Below are positions 7,222-16,918 of a DNA stretch of 64,000 nucleotides, one piece after another. The translations under genes and the position numbers were made by a program. Origin of the DNA: a virus (lineage: Duplodnaviria > Caudoviricetes); IMG/VR virus record IMGVR_UViG_3300033070_001518, positions 1 through 64,000 of that record. One strand, written 5' to 3'. Positions within the stretch are counted from its first letter, which is position 1; each line of letters starts with the position of its first letter. The notes under the pieces are model-generated. The model made no database searches. It worked only from the letters and a program-made list of their open reading frames with translations, and was not told the DNA's origin.

Positions 7222-8132
7222 TTTAATTTTATTTTTATGTAGATCCAGAATTTATTAGCATATACACTTATTAGGGTATTGTCAGACCATTTATAGTTAG
7301 ATAGAAATTCTTTAGCACTTTCTTTGAATTTTATTAAATCTTCTTCATTTAATTTACCCATATTCCAATTTCCATATCCGTAATATCCGAATGTTATTAT
7401 TTTATCTTGGACTTGTGGAATCATTTTTTGCTCAAAATATTCTAATTTAAATTTATCCATTTCAGACTTTATCTTTCCTAATAAGATTATGTCATTATAT
7501 GATAGGTCTGAAATTACCTTTTTGAAAGTGGAGATAGATTTTAGGTCGGATGTCTTTATCCAATTTAATACAGATGTTTTCAGTTGAAAGGATCCTATTT
7601 TATTAAATTTATCAGCTATAATATACCCATATTCGAGAGATCCATTTGTGGTTACTCCGAAATATAGTTTCATATCTGGCTCATAGTTTATCTCAGTTAT
7701 TTGTAATGACTTGAATCTTTTAAACACTGATTCAACTTTTAGATAGTCTAATTTTTCAAATTTAAATACGAAGAGGAAGTTATTTGGAATTTCTTTGGAT
7801 GGTTGATTTTCTTTTAATCCGAGTGCTGTTAGGCATTTTAAAAATGTTGTAAATACTCCCTTCCCATATGACTCATTTATTTCTGCTGATGTTGTTATTT
7901 CTGGTTCGCTGTCGGATCCATTTATGTGTGATTCGACTCTCTTCAAGAGCTGAATTTTTTCATAATCGTCTAATACATTGACTGAATTCGATACTCTAAT
8001 TTTTGGATCAGAATTTTTTGTATATTCTCCTACTAGAGATTTAATAAAATCGTCATCACATAGGGACTCAATATACTCTCCTAGGGTATTATATTTTCCA
8101 TATTCTGAGAATTCAAAATATTTTTTGATCAT
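7218..8132 (-). CDS. putative internal head protein
   Basis: N-terminus MIKKYFEFSE, internal INES, late octamer upstream. Confidence 0.6.
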   Translation of the reverse strand: MIKKYFEFSEYGKYNTLGEYIESLCDDDFIKSLVGEYTKNSDPKIRVSNSVNVLDDYEKIQLLKRVESHINGSDSEPEITTSAEINESYGKGVFTTFLKCLTALGLKENQPSKEIPNNFLFVFKFEKLDYLKVESVFKRFKSLQITEINYEPDMKLYFGVTTNGSLEYGYIIADKFNKIGSFQLKTSVLNWIKTSDLKSISTFKKVISDLSYNDIILLGKIKSEMDKFKLEYFEQKMIPQVQDKIITFGYYGYGNWNMGKLNEEDLIKFKESAKEFLSNYKWSDNTLISVYANKFWIYIKIKLK

Positions 8133-8136
8133 AGTG

Positions 8137-8144
8137 TATATATT
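8137..8144 (-). promoter_or_regulatory. putative late promoter octamer
   Basis: AATATATA 4 nt before ATG 8132. Confidence 0.65.
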
Positions 8145-8696
8145 CTACTTCTTAATTGCTAAAATTTCTAGCCAATTGCTTTGATTATCATAAAGAATTC
8201 CATTTTTAACTTGGTTGCTAATAATATTGAAATTTTTTTCAACTAGATTTGTCCAATCATTTTTTGATAGAATAATCTTACCTGTGGGTATATCATTTAC
8301 TAATTTTACCGAAAATAGTAAATATTTAGATATTCTATGAATTTCTGAGAAAATATTCTCCAACTCCTCTAAAGTGAAGTAGTGTAGTCCCAATCTAGAA
8401 TATGTTAGATCAAATTCATTATTTCTAAATGGGAATTTATTCTTGGTGTTATGATTTATACAATTTATTCCAATTTTAATAGCATTTTCAACATAATCAT
8501 TATTTATTTCTGTTGCTTTTATATCAAATCCTAAATTTTTTAGGTATAAAGCATCTGATCCGTTTCCACAAGAAATTTCTAGAATTTTAGATGGTGGGCT
8601 TATCACAGATTCAATTTTTTGAATCATATCCATGTCTATATTATTTTCTAGTTTTAGAAGAGATTCTTTTATAAATTGTCGATATCCCTTTATCAT
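8145..8696 (-). CDS. class I SAM-dependent methyltransferase with capsid-targeting-like N-terminus
   Basis: ILEISCGNG, FPFRNNEFDLTYS..LHY; N-terminus MIKGYRQFIKES. Confidence 0.8.
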   Translation of the reverse strand: MIKGYRQFIKESLLKLENNIDMDMIQKIESVISPPSKILEISCGNGSDALYLKNLGFDIKATEINNDYVENAIKIGINCINHNTKNKFPFRNNEFDLTYSRLGLHYFTLEELENIFSEIHRISKYLLFSVKLVNDIPTGKIILSKNDWTNLVEKNFNIISNQVKNGILYDNQSNWLEILAIKK

Positions 8697-8697
8697 T

Positions 8698-9462
8698 TCA
8701 TTTTGTTTTTATTCTTTCCATTTGGAATTTTTTAATATCTACGTATTTATTATCTTTCAGAAATTGAATTACCTTTTGTAACATTTCCATCATTATTTCG
8801 CAATCCGCTAGTCCATCATGATATCCAGACATATTTATTCCCAAAGATGGTCCTATTTTACTTAACGATGATGATACTAGACCATTATCTCTATCTGATG
8901 TTCCGATTCGATTTATCATTTCTTGGTATTTAATATCGCCTTCAGCCAATGATTGAAGAGTTGGTATGTAAAATAATTGAAGTATTTGCTTAGTATCTAT
9001 TATTTCATTTTGGAATTTTATATCTGATCTAGTGTTGAGAAATCTCATATCAAACGAAGCGTTTTGTATGACAAAATTAGAATTCTCGTATTTTGATATA
9101 AATGATAAAAACGAATTTAAGACATCATTTTCTTCGAGATATGTATGATCACCACTACCATACCTATTAAATGATAAGATTTTTTTAATCTTTGAATCTT
9201 TCCGATTGAATATCGATTTTGTTTTATCTGTTAGTTTTATCTTTTGATTGAATGTTTCAATTTTTTTGAATGAGTTCGATTCAAAATCATATTTTGTTGC
9301 TATACAAGATACTTGTGTTATTTGTATTTCATATGGATCGGATGGGAGACCGGTGGTTTCTAAATCTAAAAAAATCCAATTGTTTTTGGATTTTGATTTT
9401 AACCATTCTAATAAATCAGAAATAGATTTTCCCCAGAATTTATGCTCAAATAAATGGTTCAC
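8698..9462 (-). CDS. DEDDh 3'-5' exonuclease (DnaQ-like)
   Basis: IFLDLETTG, QNASFD, HDGLADC motifs. Confidence 0.85.
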   Translation of the reverse strand: MNHLFEHKFWGKSISDLLEWLKSKSKNNWIFLDLETTGLPSDPYEIQITQVSCIATKYDFESNSFKKIETFNQKIKLTDKTKSIFNRKDSKIKKILSFNRYGSGDHTYLEENDVLNSFLSFISKYENSNFVIQNASFDMRFLNTRSDIKFQNEIIDTKQILQLFYIPTLQSLAEGDIKYQEMINRIGTSDRDNGLVSSSLSKIGPSLGINMSGYHDGLADCEIMMEMLQKVIQFLKDNKYVDIKKFQMERIKTK

Positions 9463-9466
9463 AATC

Positions 9467-9474
9467 TATATATT
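9467..9474 (-). promoter_or_regulatory. putative late promoter octamer
   Basis: AATATATA 4 nt before GTG 9462. Confidence 0.6.
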
Positions 9475-9483
9475 AGATTTGCA

Positions 9484-9783
9484 TTAAAAAAATACCCACC
9501 TATCGTGATCCATGGTATAATGAATAGATATTGGATATAGATTTATTCCTTTTGTATCCTTTTCTATGATAAATCTACAAAAACCATCAATTATATCTTT
9601 GTTCGTTATTCTTACGACTATTCTGTCGGAATCCTTTAGGATGTTGAATAGCTCTTTATCATCAGATTTTTTTACTATAAGTAAATTCTCACTTCCTTGA
9701 ATTTTACCGTTTTTATAAGATTCTTTTAAGAATTTAGTTAATAAATCTTTATTGCTTAATTCTACCTTTATCTCACTTTTCAT
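9484..9783 (-). CDS. hypothetical protein
   Basis: 99-aa ORF filling the gap between neighbours. Confidence 0.65.
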   Translation of the reverse strand: MKSEIKVELSNKDLLTKFLKESYKNGKIQGSENLLIVKKSDDKELFNILKDSDRIVVRITNKDIIDGFCRFIIEKDTKGINLYPISIHYTMDHDRWVFF

Positions 9784-9802
9784 TAAAATTATATTATATT
9801 TT

Positions 9803-9810
9803 AATATATA
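9803..9810 (+). promoter_or_regulatory. putative late promoter octamer
   Basis: AATATATA 5 nt before ATG 9816. Confidence 0.65.
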
Positions 9811-9815
9811 GTTTT

Positions 9816-10541
9816 ATGAAATACCTAAAGACATTCAGATTATATGAATCTATCATTGTTCCTGATATGATCGATAGTGATATGGAAATCGAATCATATG
9901 ATGATTTAGTTAGATATGGCGAACAGAATGGATTTGATGTTGTTGAATATGATGAGTTCTATTCATCATTATCTGATGTGGATAAAAAATCTGCTCCCCC
10001 AGAGCGAGGAGGTCCCCCATTTTTTGCACTTTTCCACCCAATTAGAAAGAAACCGATGTTTGTTGTTTCGGATAAAATGTTTTTTGATGGGATGCCAATG
10101 CCACCGCCTCATATGATGGGTAGAATGGGAATGCCTCCGGGAATGCCTCCAATGCCACCCACAGGACGAGGAATGCCACCAAGAATGGGTGGACGAGGTC
10201 CATTGGGACCACCTCCGCGCCCACCATATAAAGAAATTATTAATGATATTATGGGACATGAGATGATTCATAAATCTCAATCCGAAAGAAGGAGAATAGA
10301 ATATTCCTTGCCTAGTCCTACTGATACAAAGAAGTATTTTTCTAATAAAGATGAGGTTATGGCTTTTGCTTGGTCAATAGCTAATGAGATATCAAAAGGG
10401 TGTGATTCTATTAAAGATTGTCTTAGAAAATTAAAAACTAATAAAATATGGATTGATATTACAAAGAATTGTGATGTTAAGACACAAAATAGGTATAAAA
10501 AATATATTTATTTATATCTAGAAGATAAATTTCAAAAGTAA
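9816..10541 (+). CDS. zincin-like (HExxH) protein with a Pro/Gly/Met-rich insertion and capsid-targeting-like N-terminus
   Basis: MKYLKTFRLYES; GHEMIHKSQ...YFSNKDEVMAFA; low-complexity stretch at about 10088-10226. Confidence 0.6.
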   Translation: MKYLKTFRLYESIIVPDMIDSDMEIESYDDLVRYGEQNGFDVVEYDEFYSSLSDVDKKSAPPERGGPPFFALFHPIRKKPMFVVSDKMFFDGMPMPPPHMMGRMGMPPGMPPMPPTGRGMPPRMGGRGPLGPPPRPPYKEIINDIMGHEMIHKSQSERRRIEYSLPSPTDTKKYFSNKDEVMAFAWSIANEISKGCDSIKDCLRKLKTNKIWIDITKNCDVKTQNRYKKYIYLYLEDKFQK

Positions 10542-10547
10542 TATATA
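10540..10547 (+). promoter_or_regulatory. putative late promoter octamer
   Basis: AATATATA 5 nt before ATG 10553. Confidence 0.65.
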
Positions 10548-10552
10548 GATAT

Positions 10553-11065
10553 ATGAAAATTATCAGAGCTAGACTTAAGCCACAAAAGGGAACTACCTAT
10601 GAGTTCATTTCTGTGAAGGGTAGAATACGTGGTTTGATAGAAAAAAATAAGGGGGATATTTTTGATTTTGTTATAGATAGTGGTGGTCGAAAAGCGATTA
10701 AGTCCTTTGGTCCCGATGATATAAATTCTGAATTGGTTGGTAAAGAAATACCAATTATTGATAAAGATGTTGTTGCTAAATTTAATGAAGATGGTACTAT
10801 TGAGATAGTTCAAGAATTAAAAGAGGAGGCTCTTCCAAGACAATCGACCGTTAATCAACTTAAGAGGATAAGAAAATTGACAAAGGGGATTGATATTGGT
10901 GATAGAGTGTCTAAAATGAACAAAGAGGGATCTAATATTCATTATATTCATAATCCAATTGATACTGGAATTGAGTCCTATGAGGATTTTGAAAGACACA
11001 ATAGGAAATTTATTCCAGGTTGGAATCTTAAGCATTTGAAGTCACCATTTAAAAATGAAAATTAG
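10553..11065 (+). CDS. hypothetical late protein
   Basis: 170-aa ORF behind a late octamer. Confidence 0.7.
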   Translation: MKIIRARLKPQKGTTYEFISVKGRIRGLIEKNKGDIFDFVIDSGGRKAIKSFGPDDINSELVGKEIPIIDKDVVAKFNEDGTIEIVQELKEEALPRQSTVNQLKRIRKLTKGIDIGDRVSKMNKEGSNIHYIHNPIDTGIESYEDFERHNRKFIPGWNLKHLKSPFKNEN

Positions 11066-11492
11066 TCTTTTTGAGAAGTTCAAATTCGAAAGAAATTGTG
11101 ATTCTTTAAGAGATATTTATTCGGATATTGAAGATGATTTAAATATCATTTCTTTAAGAGTACGAAGTTCATTTGTATCTCAATATTATAATCCCAATTA
11201 TCATGATCCTAAATGGGATAATTTTGATCAACCACCATCCCTAGTGTGGATTTGTGATCAAATGAGAAAGAATAATTTTGGATTCACAATAAAAACTATG
11301 GATATAAAAAAAATACCACTTTGTATTTTAACTATAGATCATCTAAATAGAATAGACCAATTGAAATTGGATAAATTAACTAGAAGATCTAAGGAGGATG
11401 GATTTTTTCAAATTGCTGATACTAGAAGCGTATGTAGAGGTGATATTTGTAAAAGAGCTTTTATATTTATACACGAAGAGTATTTTGTATAG
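11055..11492 (+). CDS. putative internal head protein (acidic N-module family)
   Basis: MKISLFEKFKFE followed by LRDIYSDIEDDL. Confidence 0.55.
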   Translation: MKISLFEKFKFERNCDSLRDIYSDIEDDLNIISLRVRSSFVSQYYNPNYHDPKWDNFDQPPSLVWICDQMRKNNFGFTIKTMDIKKIPLCILTIDHLNRIDQLKLDKLTRRSKEDGFFQIADTRSVCRGDICKRAFIFIHEEYFV

Positions 11493-11583
11493 ACTATCTC
11501 TTTTCCAATATCAATAAACTTTTCTTATTTATTTTATTATAAGATTAATCAGAATTAACTGATAAATAAAAAAATATAACGAA

Positions 11584-12537
11584 ATGGTAAACGAAATTGA
11601 TGAACTATTTGACGGCAGTTTGGACAAGAAGATGGATTTTTTGAATGAGCAATCAAAAACCAATACGGATGGGATCTATAGAATAGATCTGTCCAAGGCA
11701 AAGGATAAAAAAAAGGGATATAGAAGTGTGGTTAGATTTCTACCTAACCTAACAAAGGATGGTAAGGTTGCTCAGTCGGCTTTGGAGAAGATCTCTCACT
11801 ATGTTGATATTAAGCAAATGAAGGAGCTTTCAGGATTTTTTGATTCTCCAAAGAACTTTAATGAGAAGTGCACTTTGTCTGATCTTTACTATCAACTTAT
11901 GAATTCTAAAAATGCTATTCTTCAGGAGAGAGCTAAGATGCTAAAGTATTCAAGAAAGTACTATTCATATGTTTTAATTCTTGAAGATGAGCAACAAACA
12001 GACCTAGTTGGTAAAATAATGATTTTCCAGTATGGTAAAACAATTAAGGATAAGATTCAGGCTGAGAAAAACGGTGATGTCTCTGGAGTTAGTTGTAATG
12101 TCTTTGATTTGGCTAATGGTAAAGATTTTGTCCTTTTTGTTAAGGAGATATCCACCGGTGATGAAACATACCCTGATTATAAGATGTCCGCATTTAAATC
12201 AGATCCATCACCTATTCAGATTTTTAACAAAGAAAAAGGTGTTTTTAAACATGCTCCCACTCAAGATGGTAAAATAGATCCAAAAGCACATTCTATAATT
12301 AAGGATTTCTTGATGGATCGAGATCATGAGCTTGAGGATTTTGGACCAAAGAGACTTGATGACGCACAGCAGAATAAAATAACAGAGATTGTTAATTTTA
12401 TGACTGGAAAGGCTTCATCATCATACCAGGAGTCAAAGCCTTCGTCAAATGATTTTGATTTTGAAGAGACTCTAACAGGAGAAACAAAAAAGGCCGATTC
12501 GACAGAAGATGATGACTTCTTTTCTGACTTCAAATAA
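11584..12537 (+). CDS. gp32: T4 gp32-like single-stranded DNA-binding protein
   Basis: VVRFLP, RKYYSYVLILED...GKIMIFQYGKTIKDKI, NVFDLANGKDF, acidic tail DDDFFSDFK. Confidence 0.88.
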   Translation: MVNEIDELFDGSLDKKMDFLNEQSKTNTDGIYRIDLSKAKDKKKGYRSVVRFLPNLTKDGKVAQSALEKISHYVDIKQMKELSGFFDSPKNFNEKCTLSDLYYQLMNSKNAILQERAKMLKYSRKYYSYVLILEDEQQTDLVGKIMIFQYGKTIKDKIQAEKNGDVSGVSCNVFDLANGKDFVLFVKEISTGDETYPDYKMSAFKSDPSPIQIFNKEKGVFKHAPTQDGKIDPKAHSIIKDFLMDRDHELEDFGPKRLDDAQQNKITEIVNFMTGKASSSYQESKPSSNDFDFEETLTGETKKADSTEDDDFFSDFK

Positions 12538-12549
12538 TTTTGAGGTTTA

Positions 12550-12591
12550 AAATTCAAAAAGGGATGGAAATTTCCATCCCTTTTTGAATTT
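12550..12591. terminator. rho-independent terminator, symmetric
   Basis: Perfect inverted repeat AAATTCAAAAAGGGATGGAAA/TTTCCATCCCTTTTTGAATTT just after the gp32 stop. Confidence 0.85.
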
Positions 12592-12638
12592 GAAACCTAT
12601 TCAATAATATCCATATAATAAGAAAATATTCTATTTAG

Positions 12639-13613
12639 ATGAATGTGATTAATAGGGAATTTAAAGAATTGGCTAGTGGAGAAATATATAAAGTCATAGA
12701 TGTTTATCAGAATTTAGCAGTTGCTAAGTTAAGAGGCACTAATACCACAGAAAGAATTGTGGTTACTAGACTAATAGATCCGAAATTTTACCTCCCTATG
12801 GACGGACACTTATCAACGGATAATATATTACCAATTGATGAAAGTAAAAAATTTACTATACATACTGATGACTATGTCGATCCGAAAAAATTCTTTAATG
12901 AGTCTAATACTTTGGCTTTATTTGCTGATCAGATAAAGTCCATCCCTGAGGATAGGTTACCTAGAGAAGATATAGATATACCAGTAACTACATCTCACAT
13001 GTCAAATGATATGGTTCCATCGATGAGTGAAAGTGCTATTATTATTGATAATGATTATGATGAAGCGGAGGAGATAGCTAGGAAATATGGTGTTTCTAAC
13101 GTAGATAACAGCATTAGAGCTCAGAATGAAAAATTTGCTAAGTTACTAGATCCTGATGATTTACCAAGTCAAAATGGTAATCGAGAAACAAAGGTTGATG
13201 TTGTTGATGTATATAAACCAAATCAGGAAGTTCAACATATTAAAGTTGAAGATCCCATAACTACTATGTTTAGAAATGTTAAGAGGACTATTGATTTTAA
13301 TCTAGATCTAAAAATACAAAATAAGATACCTAGGATAGATTTTATTGAGATGATGGAGGATTCCTATCAAATTTCTATTATCGAATTTTTGGCAGAAGAA
13401 TTTGCGGAGGAATTATTAAAAAATCCGAATGGATTAAAGAAGATGATTTCGGATAAGATAAGATCCCTAGTCTATGTGGATAAAAAGAAAACTCAATTAA
13501 GTGAATATGTTAGTGAGGCAGATGTGGATAAGGTTTCTAAAAAGAAAGCTCCGACTAGAAAAAAATCAGCCATCAAAAAAGATAAAATAGATGATACAAG
13601 AACTCTATCTTAA
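12639..13613 (+). CDS. hypothetical protein
   Basis: 324-aa ORF with a basic C-terminal tail. Confidence 0.75.
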   Translation: MNVINREFKELASGEIYKVIDVYQNLAVAKLRGTNTTERIVVTRLIDPKFYLPMDGHLSTDNILPIDESKKFTIHTDDYVDPKKFFNESNTLALFADQIKSIPEDRLPREDIDIPVTTSHMSNDMVPSMSESAIIIDNDYDEAEEIARKYGVSNVDNSIRAQNEKFAKLLDPDDLPSQNGNRETKVDVVDVYKPNQEVQHIKVEDPITTMFRNVKRTIDFNLDLKIQNKIPRIDFIEMMEDSYQISIIEFLAEEFAEELLKNPNGLKKMISDKIRSLVYVDKKKTQLSEYVSEADVDKVSKKKAPTRKKSAIKKDKIDDTRTLS

Positions 13614-13992
13614 GAAAGCTTATATTATAAGAAAAGAATATTTATCAATTGTTGGTAATATTGAGCAATATGAAGTTTTTGCTAAAAAACTTCTAGAATC
13701 GATAGGAGAAAAATCTAAAGATTTATTATCTCTTCAAAAGAAAATCGATGAAAAGAAAATCAACAATATTGAAGTGGCTAAAGATGAGTTAATGAAAATA
13801 ATTATAAATTTAGAAGAGGAAGCCAACGGTATAGAATCCATTGTCAATAACATGAATAAGAGAATTGATAAGCTTAAGCAGGATGAAACTTCATTGTATC
13901 GAGAATTGAAGGAGAAGTACCCCGATGTCTTAGATTCTGTTCTCAAAAAGGAAATACATGAATATATTGTGAGTATGACAAAGACTTCCTAG
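13591..13992 (+). CDS. coiled-coil hypothetical protein
   Basis: 133 aa with a heptad-like K/E/L pattern. Confidence 0.7.
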   Translation: MIQELYLKKAYIIRKEYLSIVGNIEQYEVFAKKLLESIGEKSKDLLSLQKKIDEKKINNIEVAKDELMKIIINLEEEANGIESIVNNMNKRIDKLKQDETSLYRELKEKYPDVLDSVLKKEIHEYIVSMTKTS

Positions 13993-14120
13993 TCATGAGA
14001 AGTCTTTGACTTCCTAGAATATACCTTACCACAAGGTTTAACTTTTTGGATCATCATTCTGCGAACGATCTGGGCTACATACCTTTCGGAGAGCTCGGAT
14101 TTATTTTTCGCCTTTTTCAT
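13989..14120 (-). CDS. small basic protein (43 aa)
   Basis: MKKAKNKSELSERYVAQIVRRMMIQKVKPCGKVYSRKSKTSHD*, with TTTGTATATTTG 5 nt upstream. Confidence 0.55.
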   Translation of the reverse strand: MKKAKNKSELSERYVAQIVRRMMIQKVKPCGKVYSRKSKTSHD

Positions 14121-14125
14121 AATAA

Positions 14126-14137
14126 CAAATATACAAA
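14126..14137 (-). promoter_or_regulatory. Bacteroidota-type -7 promoter element
   Basis: TTTGTATATTTG on the minus strand. Confidence 0.55.
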
Positions 14138-14184
14138 AAAATTATCACATTCTAGATTTATTTTCTTTAGAAATGATCCTAGTT

Positions 14185-14192
14185 AATATATA
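14185..14192 (+). promoter_or_regulatory. putative late promoter octamer
   Basis: AATATATA 5 nt before ATG 14198. Confidence 0.65.
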
Positions 14193-14197
14193 ATCTA

Positions 14198-16915
14198 ATG
14201 AAGCAATCTAGATTTATTAACATAGATAAAAATATTTTAATAGAATATATTTATGATGATGATAACCTAATTAGTGAAGCATATAATATTTTATTCAATA
14301 CTAAGACGGGGATTCCTGCTTTCACATCATATTATGATAGCGAGGGTAATAATAATTTGTCTAGTAATGCCTATAATATAGACCCAATAAATGATAGATG
14401 GGGCCCAATAATATTAGATCCTAGTGTTCCTGATAAGATAGATGATAATGTTGGATCTTTGCAAGTGCGAAATTTTCCATCATCAATTCCCATCAGATAT
14501 GACACAGTAAAAGTCCATATACCCATAAATTGGACATTTGGTGATTATAAGGGATTTTATATTCGGATTTATACCTATGATTTCAATAATGATAAAGAAG
14601 TTGATTTTTCTAATTATTATTTTGATGTTAGTAGTGTTGATCAAAGTTACCAAATGGAATTTTCATCTCCCATATTGATGATAAATGAAAAACAATGGGG
14701 CAAATATCTAAGAATAGATTTTCCATCCCCAACAAAGGTATCCGATCAAAGAGTTAACGGATCTACAAAAGAAAATACTATAAATTATAATTTTAATTCT
14801 GGAATTGGTATTTCAAAAAATGCTCCAGTATTTATTGATTTTCATTTTATTGAGAGGATTGATTTTATAAATGGGAAAAAGTTTTTTATTTTAACCCCAC
14901 GAATTACTACTAGCGTACCACAGACTCCAGATTTTGAAAATATTGGAGTAGTCATCGAGCCATCTAGTCAAGGAGATTATTTTGTTATTTATGGTATTTA
15001 TAATGGTAGCTTGGCAGAGTTGAACATATTTTTAAATGAATCTTATTATCTTGGTAATAGATATTATCTAGAATATACAATAGACTTATTCGAAAAAAAT
15101 ATAAAAACTAAATCCCAAACATATATAGTTACGGAAAATTTTAATCAGCCTATTGAGTATCGACCCATTATAAAGTACTCAACAACAACTGCAGTTATTG
15201 ATGTTACTATGAAGTTAATAGATAACATAAATGGTGCTCAAATATCAAGAAGATCTTCTTGGGGGATAAATGTGGAAAATATCTCTAAGTATTCTAGGAG
15301 CCTTTCTAAGATAAATCTAAGAAAGGCTTTAAGAACCGAGGTTCATAATATAAAGGATGTATTGCAACCAACTATTAGTAATAATCCATTTGGAACAAAA
15401 CCAATTCTTATACTTGAGAAATTACCATTTAACATATATTCTAATGATTACACTGTTCATACTGGATCAGATAATATTATTTTTGAAAAGGTTAATTGGA
15501 TGGGATTGAATAAAATTATTGTTCCTTTATACCCATTTGATAATATTTTGAAATTTTCAATTCTAGAAAAGGGTGGTTTTTTGGGATATCAAGTCTATGA
15601 TTTAAATAGAGTTATTAATCTAAAACTAGTTGTTAAGTCTGATGATAAAGTCTTGGAATTTGATGTCTACAGAGATTCTGATGAAAATGAGTTTGAATTG
15701 GGAAAGGTTGTTTTTAAAATACCTAAAGTAAAATATAATGATTTGAAAAAGATTAATTTACTTGGGTATAATATATTTTATATAACTGGTGTTGATGAGG
15801 TTGAGAGTAAAATTATAATTTATAGTGGGTTGTTTCTTCCATATGATTCAGATTCGAATGTGAGAAAACTTGAATCAGATTTTTCCATTTCGCAGTTGCC
15901 AGCTCAACCTAATCCCCAAGTCGAAGAATCATTTGATGAGAAGAAAATAAAACAAATTTCTCAAATATCTAAAGAAAAGATTAAACAAAAAGGAGTTGGT
16001 AGTAAAATATCACTTTTGGTTGATTCTAAAAATAGGCAAAAATTCATTGATAAGATAGTACCTTCGACAATATTTAGAAAGTATGAGGATAGCCCAGTTA
16101 ATATACCAAATGATTGGCCTAGTCAATATTCAGAGCCACAAATATCCATCAATAGTGGTAAGATATGGGTACTGAAGAGAAAATCAGTTGCTATTTTAAG
16201 GGGAGAAGCTACATATGCTAAATCTAGAAAAATAGTTGAATATGAAATACAGCCTGGATTCCCAATTACAAATGGGGCTTTATTACAATTAGGTTTGACC
16301 ACAGGGGAGCCTATACGAAATGATGTGATTATGTTAGTTCCTGATGAGCAGGTTGGTAAGTATAAAATTGTTGATGGTCCTATTACTGTTTATGATCAAT
16401 ATATTGGTAAAAATGGCAATTTTAGAGGTGATAAACCAGTTAGTGAAAACTTAGCTGAATATAGAATTGTATCTGCTGATACAGAAGATCAGGCTATCCA
16501 GGAGTTTAAGGAAACATATTCAAATTTAAATAATGCAAACTATTGGAAAAAATCAGAATGGCCAAATTTTGCCGCTCATATATATGAGAAGGTCGAGATA
16601 AAGAATTTTGATGTCTATTATTATCCACAAGATACTCCAGTTAATTGCTATGGAACTCCTCCGAATATCTTATTTCCAGAGTCTATTCCATTAAATCAAA
16701 GAACTCCTTGGTATCCATATGTAACACCACAAAAGAAATGTGCAAAATTTATTGAACCTCATCCACACAAAGTTAGAAAAGTTGATTGGGTTATTAGACA
16801 AAATAGTTTGGATAACTTCAATAAGGTAAAATCCGGCATTGGTATTAACCTTGCTCCACCAGATCACACTGATGACAGAGATAGAATCTACTACGTGGAG
16901 GAAATTAATATATAA
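14198..16915 (+). CDS. large putative virion structural protein (paralog A)
   Basis: 905 aa, late octamer upstream; the N-terminal ~550 aa is colinear with 16919..18754; next to a tail gene. Confidence 0.6.
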   Translation: MKQSRFINIDKNILIEYIYDDDNLISEAYNILFNTKTGIPAFTSYYDSEGNNNLSSNAYNIDPINDRWGPIILDPSVPDKIDDNVGSLQVRNFPSSIPIRYDTVKVHIPINWTFGDYKGFYIRIYTYDFNNDKEVDFSNYYFDVSSVDQSYQMEFSSPILMINEKQWGKYLRIDFPSPTKVSDQRVNGSTKENTINYNFNSGIGISKNAPVFIDFHFIERIDFINGKKFFILTPRITTSVPQTPDFENIGVVIEPSSQGDYFVIYGIYNGSLAELNIFLNESYYLGNRYYLEYTIDLFEKNIKTKSQTYIVTENFNQPIEYRPIIKYSTTTAVIDVTMKLIDNINGAQISRRSSWGINVENISKYSRSLSKINLRKALRTEVHNIKDVLQPTISNNPFGTKPILILEKLPFNIYSNDYTVHTGSDNIIFEKVNWMGLNKIIVPLYPFDNILKFSILEKGGFLGYQVYDLNRVINLKLVVKSDDKVLEFDVYRDSDENEFELGKVVFKIPKVKYNDLKKINLLGYNIFYITGVDEVESKIIIYSGLFLPYDSDSNVRKLESDFSISQLPAQPNPQVEESFDEKKIKQISQISKEKIKQKGVGSKISLLVDSKNRQKFIDKIVPSTIFRKYEDSPVNIPNDWPSQYSEPQISINSGKIWVLKRKSVAILRGEATYAKSRKIVEYEIQPGFPITNGALLQLGLTTGEPIRNDVIMLVPDEQVGKYKIVDGPITVYDQYIGKNGNFRGDKPVSENLAEYRIVSADTEDQAIQEFKETYSNLNNANYWKKSEWPNFAAHIYEKVEIKNFDVYYYPQDTPVNCYGTPPNILFPESIPLNQRTPWYPYVTPQKKCAKFIEPHPHKVRKVDWVIRQNSLDNFNKVKSGIGINLAPPDHTDDRDRIYYVEEINI

Positions 16916-16918
16916 TTT

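Noticed and set aside
12550-12591. 42-bp perfect palindrome as an origin or recombination site
   Set aside because: Its position just after the gp32 stop and the flanking A/T tracts are fully explained by an intrinsic terminator.
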